A stretch of DNA of 64,000 nt from the NCBI GenBank assembly GCA_965112735.1, contig OZ218956.1, positions 186,001-250,000 of the forward strand, read 5' to 3'. Position numbers and translations under genes: made by a program. The stretch is from Phaeosaccion multiseriatum (lineage: Eukaryota; Protista; Ochrophyta, other classes). Positions 51,464 through 64,000 of the stretch are shown here, in pieces (position 1 is the stretch's first letter; each line of letters starts with the position of its first letter). Below the pieces are notes generated by a model. It was not told the DNA's origin, made no database searches, and saw only the letters and a program-made list of their open reading frames with translations.

Positions 51464-52330
51464 CGTCATTGGTCTCGTATGTCATTGGTGACTTACGTCT
51501 TTGCTGGAGCTAAGCTGTGGCGCTGAGCGGGGCTGACACTCGGCAGTCGTCCCCTTCTTGCGGCACGTCATGCCGCACGCTGGAGCGAGCGCAGAGGGAT
51601 CCATGCCGTGGGAGGTGGAGGAGGTAGTGGTATGTACGTCTGTCGTCATTTGCTGGCGCTTGACGCTGTATACCCGTACTGGCTGGCCCGGGCAACTCCC
51701 ACACACAGCGCACTGCACTACATTGCCGGGCAACATCTGGCACCGGAAACGGACAAGGCAATGCTAAGCAGAAGCAGTCCGTACCGTGAAGGCTGGGGCG
51801 ATGCGAGTGTTACCGAGTCGATGCTTGTCAGTATGCTTGCCAGTACCGTGAAGCCTGAGTCTTCACACTATGCGTTCCTCCGAGAGGAGGGAGCATTCTC
51901 AGGTGCTACCCGCCCTCAGGGACCCCCTCAGGGACCCCCTCAGGGGCCACCAATTTATATACAAAAAACAAATAATAGTTGGTGGTCGAATCGAAGGAAG
52001 AAAGAAGCAGTTGGTGGTCGAATCACAGTTGGCGAAACCGTAACGCCTCTCTTTCCTTCTGGTTTTCTCTCTCCGTCTGTCGCTCTCTCGCTCAGCCGGT
52101 GCCTCTGTCCTCAGGTTCGCACAGTCGTGAAACGTAGGGGGGGGGGTGGGAGTTGAGGAGGAATCGTGGGGTCCAATGAAAAGAGAGCTAAGCCAACCAA
52201 CCCCCCTCCTTCTCCCCCGATTGCACTCTGCGCAGGAAAGAGGAGATAAGTGCCTCCAGACTACCACACCTCGTGAGCTTGAAGAGGATTTAGCAGCAGA
52301 AGCGTAGCGGGCCGCAAGGGGGCTGGCATC

Positions 52331-52675
52331 ATGGCCGGGCAAGGCGAGAAAAATGTGGTTGGCGACCAAAAGAATTGGGAGGACCGAGTCAGGACAGAGC
52401 TGGAGTCGTCCAAGGCGTGGGCAGAGAACTGGGGCTCCCTTTACGAAGGGGCCAAGAGCATTGACGAGCAGATTATTTCGCTGGAGGAGAAGGTAGCCAA
52501 CATGCCAGGGCAACCGGGCATGAAGACCAACTCGCAGCTCAGCTACGAGGGGAAGGAGCCCTTTGCAGAGCACCCCGTGGGCAATCAGGTCAAGCGCTCC
52601 TTACGGATGGAGGAAGTAGAGCAGCTGGCAGACGAGATGCTGGCGCGACAAGCAGCCGGTGCGGTGCTGCGGTAG
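52331..52675 (+). CDS. Small single-exon protein (114 aa) resembling the C20orf85/LLC1 (ciliary microtubule inner protein) family
   Basis: Clean non-repetitive ORF. N-terminal NVVGDQKNWEDRVRTELESSKAWAENWGSL resembles, from memory, the V.QD.IW..R...E.....W..NWGFL signature of that family. Confidence 0.55.
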   Translation: MAGQGEKNVVGDQKNWEDRVRTELESSKAWAENWGSLYEGAKSIDEQIISLEEKVANMPGQPGMKTNSQLSYEGKEPFAEHPVGNQVKRSLRMEEVEQLADEMLARQAAGAVLR

Positions 52676-52931
52676 AGGCGGTGGCAGCGTACCACAAGAG
52701 TTTAGATGCTCAGATCTGGGAGCAACGGCGTGGGCCTGGTGACCCTTCTACTGTTCTCCTGTGAAGCTGCAAGTCTTACTGTACATAAACTTCCACCGAG
52801 TGAGGTGGTGAGGGAGCAACTAGTCGATACCGATAGCAATGGGCGCCCCCCCCCCCAAGGGCTTTAAGAAATACTTTGTAGTATCATTTACTCGCATACT
52901 CAGTCAGGGCGGACCGATAGGCAGACGGCTA

Positions 52932-53571
52932 CTACCGCTCCTCGTCCGTGTTGGAGCACAAGAGCAGCAACTGCTCTCCAACCACCCCCTGCAATACGTC
53001 GCGCACCTTCTCCCGTACGGCCTTGTCGGAAACGACGATGAGGTCTGTGAGCAGAGGGTATACATACCCTACGACCTTCCTTAGTCCCTGCCCCTGCCCC
53101 TGCCCCAGGCTTTCCACCGCTGCCAGCACCATCATCACATCCGTCCCAATGTACTCCATCTCGGCCCGGCATGTGGCCAGCAGCACAGCCACAGGCACCG
53201 GGGGTTGAAGAGGAGAGGCCTTGCCTCCCTTGCCATCCTTGCCATCCTTGCTATCCTTGCCAAGCCCCCGCTGCCCCTGCTGCAGGAGAGCCGTCTCCTC
53301 CACCTCCCTGTCGAGGGCAAGGTAGCGGTGAACGATACCCTCCACAGCTACCTGCAGATGCGCCGCCGCGAAACCCGAGCGGTCCCACTCCACAGGCACA
53401 CGCACTCGTACGCCCGCGCCAGTGGCAGCGGCCTCTCCGGGAGACTCATCTGACCCCGGTGCAACCGTGTGCGTCGCCTCTTGGGGGGCGACAGCGGCAG
53501 CACAAGTTGGTGATACAGGAGCAGCAGCGGCGGCCTCTCCTTCTCCCTCCCCTTGTCTGCTTCTACTACTA

Positions 53572-53610
<39 letters not shown>

Positions 53611-56600
53611 TTGCTGGTCCGACCGCTAAGGCCGTGGGACACCGAGCTACTAACTACCTTGTCGAGCGCCCTCTGCACCCAGCAATGCTCGCACCAACCC
53701 GGCTCGAAGCCGTTGAGGAGCTGCCCCACGCCATCTATGGCCAGGACGGGGTGCGCCCCCACCTTCCTGTCCTGCTGGCCGCCTTGCTTGCTACCTTCCG
53801 CGCCTCCCCCAGAGGACGGGTGCGTGTGACCGTTGGCGGTGCCAACCCCCAAACTGAGCCCCCAACTGCCACTTCCGCTGCCGCTGCCGCCTCGGGCCCG
53901 CTTCCTGCCCGTTGCTGCCCCCCCTTCGCGCCGCTGCTGCTGCTCAGACGTCTGCAAAGTTTCTGAGTCGTCGTCCCCGACAGAGCCGCTGCTACCCGTA
54001 CCACTGCTGCTGCCCCCGCCGTCAGCCGCCCCACTGCTGCTACGCCCCTTGCCCTGCCCGCAGGAGCAGAGCAGATGTGCTCCGCTCAAGTGCAGCGCGA
54101 GGGCCAGCAAGAAGCCGCGACAGCACATCTCCTGCCCCAGCATGTGAGGCAGCACCAACGGGTCCTTGCCGTACCCCTTGCACTGCCCCTTGCCTACATG
54201 CGAGAGGTACCCGTCCTTCTGCATTGCCCTCCGAACCCTGTCATTGCGACGGTCGTTGAAGTCCCTCGCGTGGGCCAAACCCTCCCTCAGAGTGGCCAGG
54301 AGGGCCTCCGTGTGGGGTCTGCCCAAGCTAGAGCTGTTGAGGCGCAGCGTGGCGAAGGCGAGGTGCTGCAGGCGCGGGGCGCAAACCATGAGGGACATTG
54401 CTGCCGCGGGTTCGAAGGCCTTCTTTGTGCTGCCCTCCTTCTTACTCTCCTTCTTTTTCTTCTTCGTCTTTTTGGAATTCTTGACAACCGGGGGCGGCAT
54501 CGCTGCTGCTGCCGCTGCTGCCGCCGCTGTTGCTGCTACTGCTGCTGCTGTTGCTGCTGCTGTTGCTGATGCTGCGGCAGGTGATGGTGGTGCTCTATCA
54601 TCAACTGCTTCGTGGCTGCTCTCGGTGCCAGCTCCATCTCCCAAGGAAGGCCCTCCTCCTGTTGCCTTCACCTTTACAGCTCCGTTCGCTGCTCCCTCCC
54701 CCCCTCCTGCTGCCGCTGCCGCTGCCGCTAACTCTCCCTCTCCCCCTCCAACATCCTCCTCTTCTACCCCCTCTTCCTCTTCCTCCTCCTCCTCCCCCGG
54801 GGCCAGCTCGGAGGCATACCGCTCCACCCTGCCCCACTTTCCAAAGTCCCTGACGAGGCAGCTGCGGTGAAGGTAATCAATGCCCGCCACCCATGTGCTC
54901 CACAGGGCCTCGTCCTTCCTCCTCTCCTCCCCTTCCTCTCCCTCCCCGCCCCCTTCCCCACCCTTCGCCTCACCCTCTTTCTCTCCCCCTCCCTCTCCCT
55001 GCCCCTGCGCGTATGCCTGCCTGTGCAGCCTGGTGAGACCCTCCAGCAGTTCATGCAACGCCTCCAAGGCCATGCGTGCCAGGACCTCCACAGGCTAAGG
55101 GGGTGCAAATGGCAGTGGACGGATACAAGAGGATGGCAGTGGATGGATAAGAGAATGGCAGTGGACGGGGAAGAAGAGGATCGTGAGTACCCCCCTTCCC
55201 GACCTCACGGGCACGTACGTACGATAAGAAACAACGCACCTGGCACACATAGTAACCGAAGAACTCGAGCAGGCTTGGCAGGCAGTCCCTGCAGCCTTCG
55301 AAGCGCTGCAGATACACTTCCACGCAAGTCTGGAACAGCTGCGGGGTCGTGGTGGAGATCCATGAGTCCATGTACAGGGGAAAGGCGAGGGAGTCGCCTG
55401 ACTGAGTGGGCAGGGAGGAGCTGAAGCGGGAGGTGGCCGTGCCATCGCTAGACACATGCACCATGCCGGGGAAGAGTATCTGCCACGGGCACGGAGGGGG
55501 GTACAGGGGTATAGGGGTATAGGGGTATAGGGGTATAGGGGTTTAGGGGTACAGGGATGGGTATGGGGTGGTGAGCGAGCAGAGGGGCATAAAGGGCATG
55601 GGGAAACACAATTTGCAGACACAATTTGAAATGAGGGTCGGAGCGAAAGCGGCGTGAAACCGATGCCAAATGTCCCATGACGCTCGCTACATCTTTTCTG
55701 TACTCCTGCACTTGTGCACGGGCTACTGCCCACCCCACAGGGACCCCACAAACCCCTTATAAAGACTGGACGGAGCGGAAGAAGGACCCGCCAAGCCGTG
55801 TGAAGTGTATAGACTGGAGGGCTACGCACAGAGCGGAGGGAGCGGGAGAAGGAAACGGCCGATCGACTCAGCTCGCTCACTCGCTCATTGCTCCGCTCCT
55901 CGTCTTTTCTCTTTTCTCTCCGCTCGACCCTTACCCTAAGACAACACCATCTTCATCCGCGTCCGATCAACGCACACACACACACAACACGCACGCACGC
56001 ACGCACGCACCCACGCACTTACCGTTTCGAAGAGACACCTGGTGGTGGCGCCATCAAACACGTCTCCGAGACGAGGGTCCACCAGGGCCTCCCTCAGGGT
56101 GGAGATGGCAGCCGAGCGCACGTCCAGGCGAGCGTCGCCCATACATCGGGCGAGCCCCTGCAGCAGCGGCCACCACAGCCGCCGCGCCTTGCTGAACAAG
56201 TCCTCCTCCCCGTGTTGGTGATTCAGCAGCTCCTCGGGCACCCGCCCCAGCCCCAGTCGAGACCCGGCCAGCTTGGCTGAGCTGCTGAGGCTGCTGCTGC
56301 CGCCACTGCTGCTGCTGCTGCTGCTGCTCCCTGTTGTTGCCGGGTCTGGAAAGCTGCTGCCGCTGCTGGTGCTAAAGCTGAGGCTTCTCTCTGTGGCAAG
56401 GGTTGGGACACCATCACCCAAAGTCTTTGAGGCCGGAGCGGCGCCTCTCTCCTCAGCGCCGGCACCATCACCCCCTGCAGCAGCTGACAATGGCGAATCA
56501 CCAACAGGAGCAGTTGGGGATACGGCAGTGATGGTGACCGCGCCGCTGGTCTCACTGCTGCTGGTCATGCTGTCGGTGACAAAGTGGCGCTGCAAGCTAA

Positions 56601-59600
56601 TGTCCACCTCTCCGCTGGCCAAGTGGCGGGCACACAGCCTCAGCAGGCCGACGCCAGAGAGGGCCAGGTCGGCGTGTGGGCAGCGAGCCATGGCCACGAG
56701 GCAGTGCGTAAGCGACACAAAGTCGAACTGGAGCAAGTCGAAGTGTGCCCCGACCAGTCGCTCCAGCACCCCGGACGCCAAACTCGCAATGTCCTCCTTC
56801 TCGTCCCCCGCGGCCAGCTCGAGTACTTGCAGCAGAGTGGCCCAACCCGAGCGGATCTGTGAGGCCCTGGCCAGGGTCAGGGCATCCACACACCGCACGC
56901 AAAGCTCTCGGGTGACTGCGCTCTCGCTGTGCATCATAATCTCCACAAAGGGCCCGAGGAACACTCGCTGAAAGTTAAAGTCCCTGAGCTCCTCCTTGTT
57001 GAGGAACTTGAGTGCGAGTTGGCGAAGGCAGTCTATGGTGTACATGCCCACCCCGGCGTGTCCGCGGATACAGCCCACGGTGTTGACGTGTGTGGTGAGG
57101 AGCTGCCAGAGCCGTGCCCACTCCATCCTCCCCCTCACGTCCATGTTGTACTCGGCCACCTCCACTAGCTTCTGCAGAGAGAACAGCCTGATACATGCAG
57201 CCGTGCAGCAGCGCAGCAGTTGGTGATACCGCAGCAGGGGCAGCAGCACTTCGGTCAGCAAGGTGCGGGTCCCAGCACACGAAGGAAAGACACAACACAG
57301 AAACCCAACCCGAAACCTCTCCCGTCCTCTGTCTCCCTCCCTCCCTCCCTCCCTCCCTCCCTCCCTTCGCCCCTCCTTCCCTCCCTCCTCCCCAACCCAC
57401 CTGGCAGAAGGTGCGTCCGCGCCCCCTGCCGCCGCCTCCCCGCCCGCCGTAACTGCCGTAACTGTGAGGTTGAGATCAACCGCCGACGATTTCTTCTCCC
57501 CTAGCGAGCCGAAGAGCTGAGGGATCTCACTCTTACTCACGAGCACCAACTGTTTGACGAAGTCCTGGATGGCATCCGTGCTCAGCTTGCTGCTCTCGAT
57601 GAACACCCGGTCTGCGAGCTGCGTGTCCACCCCCTCCGCCACAGCAAGGGCGTTGGTCTCCTCGACGGCTCGAGCAAGGTCTCGCTTGGATCCTCCCATG
57701 AAAAACTGCAGTGGGGTGGGGGCGGGGTGTAGGAAAGTATACACAGGCGGCACGAGAGCGGGAGAGAGAGAAGGAAGAGAATAATAGAGAGGAGGGAAGA
57801 GACAACGGAGAGAGAGAGAGAAGGGAGAGAGGGAGGGAGGGACAAGGGGGGGAAGTGCATGCTTTAGATTCAGAACAGCCCACAGCACCTCCCTCTGCGT
57901 GTGTGTGTGTGCGTGCGTGTCGGCAGGAGATGGCAGGGGATGGCAAGGGATGGCAAGGGATGGCTCGGGATGGCTCGCGGCGCCCACCCACCTTTGCGAA
58001 GTCGCTCTTGCCGTCCTTGTCCTTCCTACGCTTCGCCCGCTCCTTGCGGAAGTCGTCCATCTCGCTGCAGAAACCGGTGCACACAGTGGAGGCGTACGGG
58101 CACCAGGGTGGATTTTGTGTTGTGAGCGCACAGACTGGCTTAACGACTGACTGACTGACTGACTGACTGACTGACTGACCGACTGACTGACTGACTGGCT
58201 GACTGACTGACAGACTGACAGACTGACTGACTGACTGACTGGCTGACTGGCTGACTGGCTGACTGACTGACAGACAGACTGACAGACGGACAGATAGACT
58301 GACTGACTGACTGACTGACTGACTGACTGACTGACCTGTCCCACTGGTGAGTGAGCTGCCCCCCCTTCCCTCGGCCTCCCTTCCTTGTGGGAGACATGAG
58401 AAGGGCCTTGTGCAGGAAGGACAGATCGAAGCCGCTGCCCTTGCTGCCCTCCTCCTCGGGTTCAGGGTCCGCTTCGAACAACTCCTGTCCGCAGAGGTAC
58501 CGGTACGTTAGGGGGGTCACACGCACACACACGCACGCACAAACACACGCACACACACACGCACACACGCACACACACACACATGACCGGCACAATGCAA
58601 GCTCCACTCGATAGTATCACCGCTTGCCCGAAGTGAGCCTTCCCATATGCCTCTAGGCTCTCAAGCGTCCCCAACCCATATGCCTGCCTCTAGACTGCCC
58701 TCTGCAGTCACCATACCTCGTCTGTCTGCATGCCGGAGCCCATGAGCTGCAGCCTCGCCAGCTGTGAAATGCAGCGAAGCACCAACCCCCAGCTGTCCCT
58801 GAGCAGGTTCCCCTCGGTGAGACCGAGCTTGACCACTGCGTTGATACACTCAACGTTCTTTGGCGCCATCTCCCGCCCGCCGCCGGAGTCCAGCAGCGTG
58901 AATTGCGTCTGCTCATGGACGCACGCACGCACACACGCACGCACACACCCACGCACACACCCACGCACGCACACGCAGACAGATGGCAGTGAGCGGCAGT
59001 GGGTAAGTGAAACGCGGAAACCCGACCACCCCGAGGCCGGCCCAATCGTATGCAGTACAAGACCCTAGCCCGGCATCTCCCTTCCCCCCCCCCCTCTCAC
59101 CAAGCTGTTCATGAGCGTCTTGCGTGCGGTGACGATGTCGAGCCCTCCCGCCACTCGAATGGCGTATTTGAAGCCCTCCAAGGCGAGCTCCACGAGAACG
59201 GGGGAGGAGTCCATCTCCAGCACCTACAGAAGAGGCATATGGGCACAAGAGAGGGGAAAAGCAGATGCGTATGGGCGGGGCAGCGAGCTTAAGAGGCGAC
59301 AGAGAGAGAGCCTGCATACCTGAGCAAAGACGGCCAATGCCGGCCCCCACGCGATGTCAAACATGGGCTCCACGTGCGGAGCCATTTCCCCGCTTTCCAC
59401 CGCCCGAAACAGCTTCCGCTCGGCTTTCTGTGTCTGAAACTGCTCCTGCTTACGCCGCAGCAGCGCGCTGGAAGCAGCAAGCATCTCCAGTCTCTCGGCT
59501 GTGGCTGCCTCCCTCTCCCTCCGACTCGTAGCCGCAGTCTTGAAGGGCAGCAGCTCTTGGAGAGCAAGGTGGTGCGTTTGATTCTCCGCCCGAGCCTTCC

Positions 59601-62600
59601 TCAGCTTATCGTCCTCCTTGAGAGAGATTGGCTTCGCGAGGATGCGATCGTAAATCCCACCAAGCAGCTCGTCGCTCAGGTTACGGCCCTGAGGATGGAT
59701 GGCAGTGAATGGGATGGATGGATGGATGGAGGGAGGGAGGGAGGAGGGGATCAGACTCCCTCGGCATGGAGAACAATCAGCTGAAACTGAAACTCAAGCC
59801 GAAACCGAACTCCTCCGCCCCCCCGCAAGGAAGGGGGGCACGCACGCACACACACACGGACACACGCACGTACCTCGCTGATACCCCTATTGTTCTTCAT
59901 GAAACCGTCCTTGGTCATTCGTCTGTCCTCCCTGATGGAAGGATTGTGCAGATCCGTGTTGAGCATGATGACGCTGAAGGCCAGCACGAAGGCCGTGTCG
60001 GGGTTGGGGAACACCAAAGGATTCTGTAACCGTCACCGAATCGACCAATATGTGCCATCCCACAGGGAGGGGCGAGGGACGGGAGGGAGGGAGGGGGGAG
60101 GGAAAGAGAGGAGAGAGAGAGATGGAAGGAACGCAGAGAGGGCGGGAAGAGGGAGAGCACAGAGACTGAGATGAGAGAGAGGGGTCCCTCCGGACTCCTT
60201 GTTGCTTTCTCCTCACTCATTCCTACCTCTCACCTGCGCGCAGAATCTCTTTCCTCATTCAGACCTACCCCTCTCTATCAATCTCTTTCCTCACTCATTG
60301 TCACTGTGTCTCTTTCCTCACTCATTGCAACTCCCCCCTCTCTCTTTCCTCACTCATTGCAACTCCCACTCTTACTCTCTTTCCTCACTCATTGTCACTG
60401 TGTCTCTTTACTCGTTCAGCGCTGCCCCTCTCTCTCAATCTCTTTCCTCACTCAGAGCTACCCCTAACCCATTGCGACCCTTTCTCTTAACAACACTACC
60501 CTCACTCTCTCTCACTCACTCACTCACTCACTCACTCACTCACTCACTCACCTGCAGGCAGTACCTCTCTGCGAACTTCTCCATGATACGGTCTATCTTC
60601 TGCGCCTCTCCAGGCAGGCGGAAGCCCGACAGGAAGTGGCGAATGGCCTCGTCCAGTGCCATCCCCGTGAGGGAGATACTGTCCACGTACTCGTGGAGCA
60701 CCTTCACACAGAACCTTAACACATGCACACACGTACACGCACGCACACACACGCGCGATAAGAGAGGGAGGGTTGAGCATCATGCGGTCATATGGGGAGA
60801 GGGAGAGATTGGAGGCATATGGGGAGAGGGAGAGATTGGAGGCATATGGGGGACAGGAGGGACATGTACACACGAATGTACACAAAGGCCAGGCAGCTAA
60901 GGTAGGGCGTCGCCAAGCACCGCTGAAGTCTACTTCTCCACACCAGCACGCGCACGCACACACACACGACCATGCCCATACTCTCCTTCTCTCTCACACA
61001 CACATACACATCCGCAAGCCTCGCCGCCCCTGCTTCGACACCGCTCCACTCCTGACTGATCATCCTCCCTGGCAGTGCCTCTCCCTCCCCACTCACCCTC
61101 CTTGGTACTGCCTCTCCCTGCCGAGGTACTCCCCCACCATGGTCTTGTTCAGCTGATCGCCGTTGGTGAGCAGGAACTCAGCCACCTGACAGTGCGAGAC
61201 CAGAGAGTGACGGGGAGCAAGCGCAGCTCAGCTCAGAGAGGCTCCATCTCGTGTCCCTTCAAATGGCGACGCCCCCGCTGAGAGAGAGGCAGAGCCCCAA
61301 AAACCCATACCCAAGTTGGGATACATGGAAAGATATATGACTAGAATAGAAAGATGGATAGATGGATAGATGGATAGATGGAAAGATGGAGAAATAGAAG
61401 GACAGACACACAGATACATACCCCAGCCTCCACACACCTGCTTGGCGTCGTCTGGCCTGAGGTGTCCCTTCTCTCGAAGATAGTCGATGCCCTGCCTGGG
61501 CGCTGCGTTGAACTTGGCAACCCCCGTCGCGAGCACCTTCTGCATGGACCGCTTGAGGTCAAACTGCTCCCTACTCCGCTGCTCAGCAGCATCACCATTC
61601 CCCGACCCAGCCCCGCCCGCGCCCTCTGCCCCTGCCGTCACCGTGGGGAGAGAGATGGGAACGCTGCCTCCCCCCCCACCCCCACCCCCACCTACTCCGC
61701 CCTCCCTCTCCGATGGCAGCCCTGGTCCAATCCCCTCCAGACTGGAGGCCGAGGCGGTGCGACTGATGGGGTCTCCGAGAGAGGCAGACGCTGAGCCCGT
61801 TCCAGAGGCGGAAGGAGCCCTGTCTCTGAGTCGGGGAGAGACAAGCTGCATCATGGCAAGGGAGTCGGCGCGTAGGACTGACGGGCGGGGGGGGGCAGTC
61901 GCCAACAGACCGAAGGGGAGAGCCAACTCTTGCGCTGCGTGGGAGGCAGCAGAGGGGGTGTTGCTGCTGCTGCTGCTGCTTGGGGCAGGGCCCTCTGTTG
62001 CGGTAATCGATGGGAAGGTGTCGAGGTTGGCAGCCACAACGAGTGACCTCAAGAGCGACACGAGACCCTGAGTGAGTGAGTCAGGGGAGGCGTGGATGGC
62101 AGCAGAGGGAGGGAGGTGAGTGTGCGATGCTCGGCCGTTTCATCGGCAGAGGGGAGGGGCGGACCACTGAATTGATGGAGTCAAGCAGAGGAGAGGGGCA
62201 CTGAGCAAGAGGGGAAGGACGTCCACGCGCAATTTGCAGAGCTTCGACTCTTTTTCGGGCAGGTGCAAGCAATCAACTGCGTCGGACCAATCGACCACAC
62301 ATAATTGTAGCAATCAGTGACACCAAGTACTGGGCCAGTCAGAGCGGCGATGGTTCCCAATGACAAACAGTAGTGTAACGCATGTAACGTCCGGTAACGT
62401 GCGCACTCACCTCCAGCGCGCCAGTCCTGAGCTCCGTTTCCTCCGCCTGTGCCTTCTTGGAGGAGGAGGAGGAGGAGGAGGATCCACCCTCCCCAGGGGG
62501 GCGCCCCTTGGCGACTTTGGCCATGGCTGTGAGGATGCGCTTGTACAAGTCAATGGCCTGGCCACAAGCAAGGAGGCAGGGCGCGAGGGTCAGTGCAACA

Positions 62601-64000
62601 GCAGATGAAACGGCACATGAAGCGGCAGATGAGGGGGGGACACACAAACACGGCCACGGGAAAGAGCCGGGCTGAGCAGAGCAGCGTAGCCCAGGGGATG
62701 AGGGAACGAGGGACTCCGAGTCTGACTAGTGCATAGTGAGAAGTGACTAGATGGCCACCCACCCACCCCCCCACCTCGAGGTCGCAGTCGTAGTTGATGA
62801 AGGTCTCCACGAGGGCCTGTGGGGCGGCGCATAGATCTCCAAATACCTCCAACACAAGCATCTTCTGCTCGTGCAGCCCGGTGTCGCTCTCCAGCAGGCG
62901 CAGGAACACACTGGTGATGAACACCTCCATCTCGCTCTTGAAGTGGTCTCGGTGCTTGCGCATGATGAATACGAAGATGCGCAGGCTGACAGACACTAGA
63001 GGTGTGTAGGTGGAGCTGCAGTTGAGGAGCAGGGAGGAGCAGAGCTCTCGCCGCATCGCGTCTACAAAGGTCATGGAGGCTTTAAAGGCCGGCCCGGAAA
63101 CCTCCAGCAGAGCCAAAATCATCTCCAGAGACAGCTGCTTGCATTGGTTCTCCACGGCCTGCACGGTGCCGCCACCCTGTTGGGAGGAGGACGACAAGTG
63201 GTGGGGGAGGGAGTGACGGGTCATGGTGGGGGAGGGAGGAGATGTGCGACCCGTCCTTCCTTCCTTGCTTAAGTCACGCACGTAAAGCAGAGCAAGCTTC
63301 TCAACTGGGGCAGAGCCCGCGACATGATGAGAGGGGCAAGGGGCCGGCCAGAGTGAGCGATGGCATCCCAGCGCTGCACACTCAATCACACTCACTCACT
63401 GATCCACTCACTCACTCCCCCCCTACCTCAATCACTCACTCAATCACTCGCTCAGTTACTCACGCAGTCACTCACTCATGGATCCATCCACTCACCCACT
63501 CACCAACTCACTCACACATTCACCCACTCACCCGCCCATTCCTTACTCAGTTACTCACTCATAGTCACTCACAGTAACTCACTCACGCATCCACCCACTC
63601 ACCCACTCACTAACTCACTCACTCACTCAGTTACTCACTCACAGTCACTCACTCACCCACCCACCCACCCACCCACTCACTCCCTCACTCACTCACTCCC
63701 TCACTCACTCTCTTACTCACTCACTCACTCATTCACTCCCTCACTCACTCTCTCACTCACTCACTCTCTCACTCACTCACTCACTCACTCACTGACTGAC
63801 CCATCCACCCACTCACTCACTCACTCACTCACTCACTCACTCACTCACTCACTCACTCACTCACTCACTGACCTGCATGGGCAGCTCGAACACGTTTGTA
63901 TCGGCCACTGACACCCTGCACAGCGTGAAGAAGCATTCGTGGGCATCGCGGTGGTGCACTGTTGGAAGCTCCCCCTCGCTCTCCCCCTCGCTCTCCCCCT
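52932..64000 (-). CDS. BIG/Sec7-type ARF guanine nucleotide exchange factor (5' end beyond the window)
   Basis: Phase-consistent exons 63873->64000, 62775-63176, 62411-62557, 61438-62067, 61097-61185, 60552-60714, 59874-60023, 59320-59688, 59101-59223, 58717-58908, 58336-58484, 57992-58064, 57401-57705, 56023-57187, 55240-55479, 52932-55094. HUS box FINYDCD, Sec7 [21 protein letters not shown] and [35 protein letters not shown] and [13 protein letters not shown]. Confidence 0.95.
58146..58335. repeat. (ACTG)n intronic microsatellite
   Basis: Direct reading; BIG intron. Confidence 0.9.
63380..63870. repeat. (CACT)n intronic microsatellite
   Basis: Direct reading; BIG intron. Confidence 0.9.

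Noticed and set aside
51608-52156. 182-aa ORF between GT90 and the small gene
   Set aside because: No motif or convincing splice structure; likely UTR or intergenic.
55936-58344. 802-aa ORF as a single exon or separate gene
   Set aside because: Read-through of several BIG exons and stop-free repeat introns; splice sites are clear.

Overview
Eukaryotic, GC-rich, intron-rich genomic DNA, most likely from a flagellated stramenopile/ochrophyte alga (inferred from brown-algal-style one-repeat-per-exon LRRs and a probable ciliary gene). Most introns are filled with microsatellites, which produce most of the spurious ORFs in the six-frame track. Six genes can be built by hand: TRAPPC9/Trs120 (+, 308-9490), a very large VPS13-family lipid-transfer gene (-, 9651-36843), an LRR/coiled-coil/IRAK-Pelle-like kinase/RING gene (+, 41193-44706), a GT90/CAP10-like glycosyltransferase (+, 46679-51463), a small C20orf85/LLC1-like gene (+, 52331-52675) and a BIG-type Sec7 ARF-GEF (-, 52932 to beyond 64000). 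The most interesting part is an ~8.7 kb accessory island (37.2-45.9 kb) lying between two ~1 kb direct copies of the VPS13/GT90 bidirectional promoter. The two copies have reciprocally pseudogenised. The island carries a predicted cytoplasmic LRR-kinase-RING receptor candidate whose LRRs are 150-bp exon+intron cassettes varying almost only at solvent-exposed codons, a TIR element with a 6-bp TSD, and a 33-bp minisatellite. The VPS13 gene is also atypical: predicted N-terminal membrane anchor, an EEA1-like C2H2 finger, three copies of an unnamed module, and no evident C-terminal PH domain. All gene models are manual and have no transcript support.
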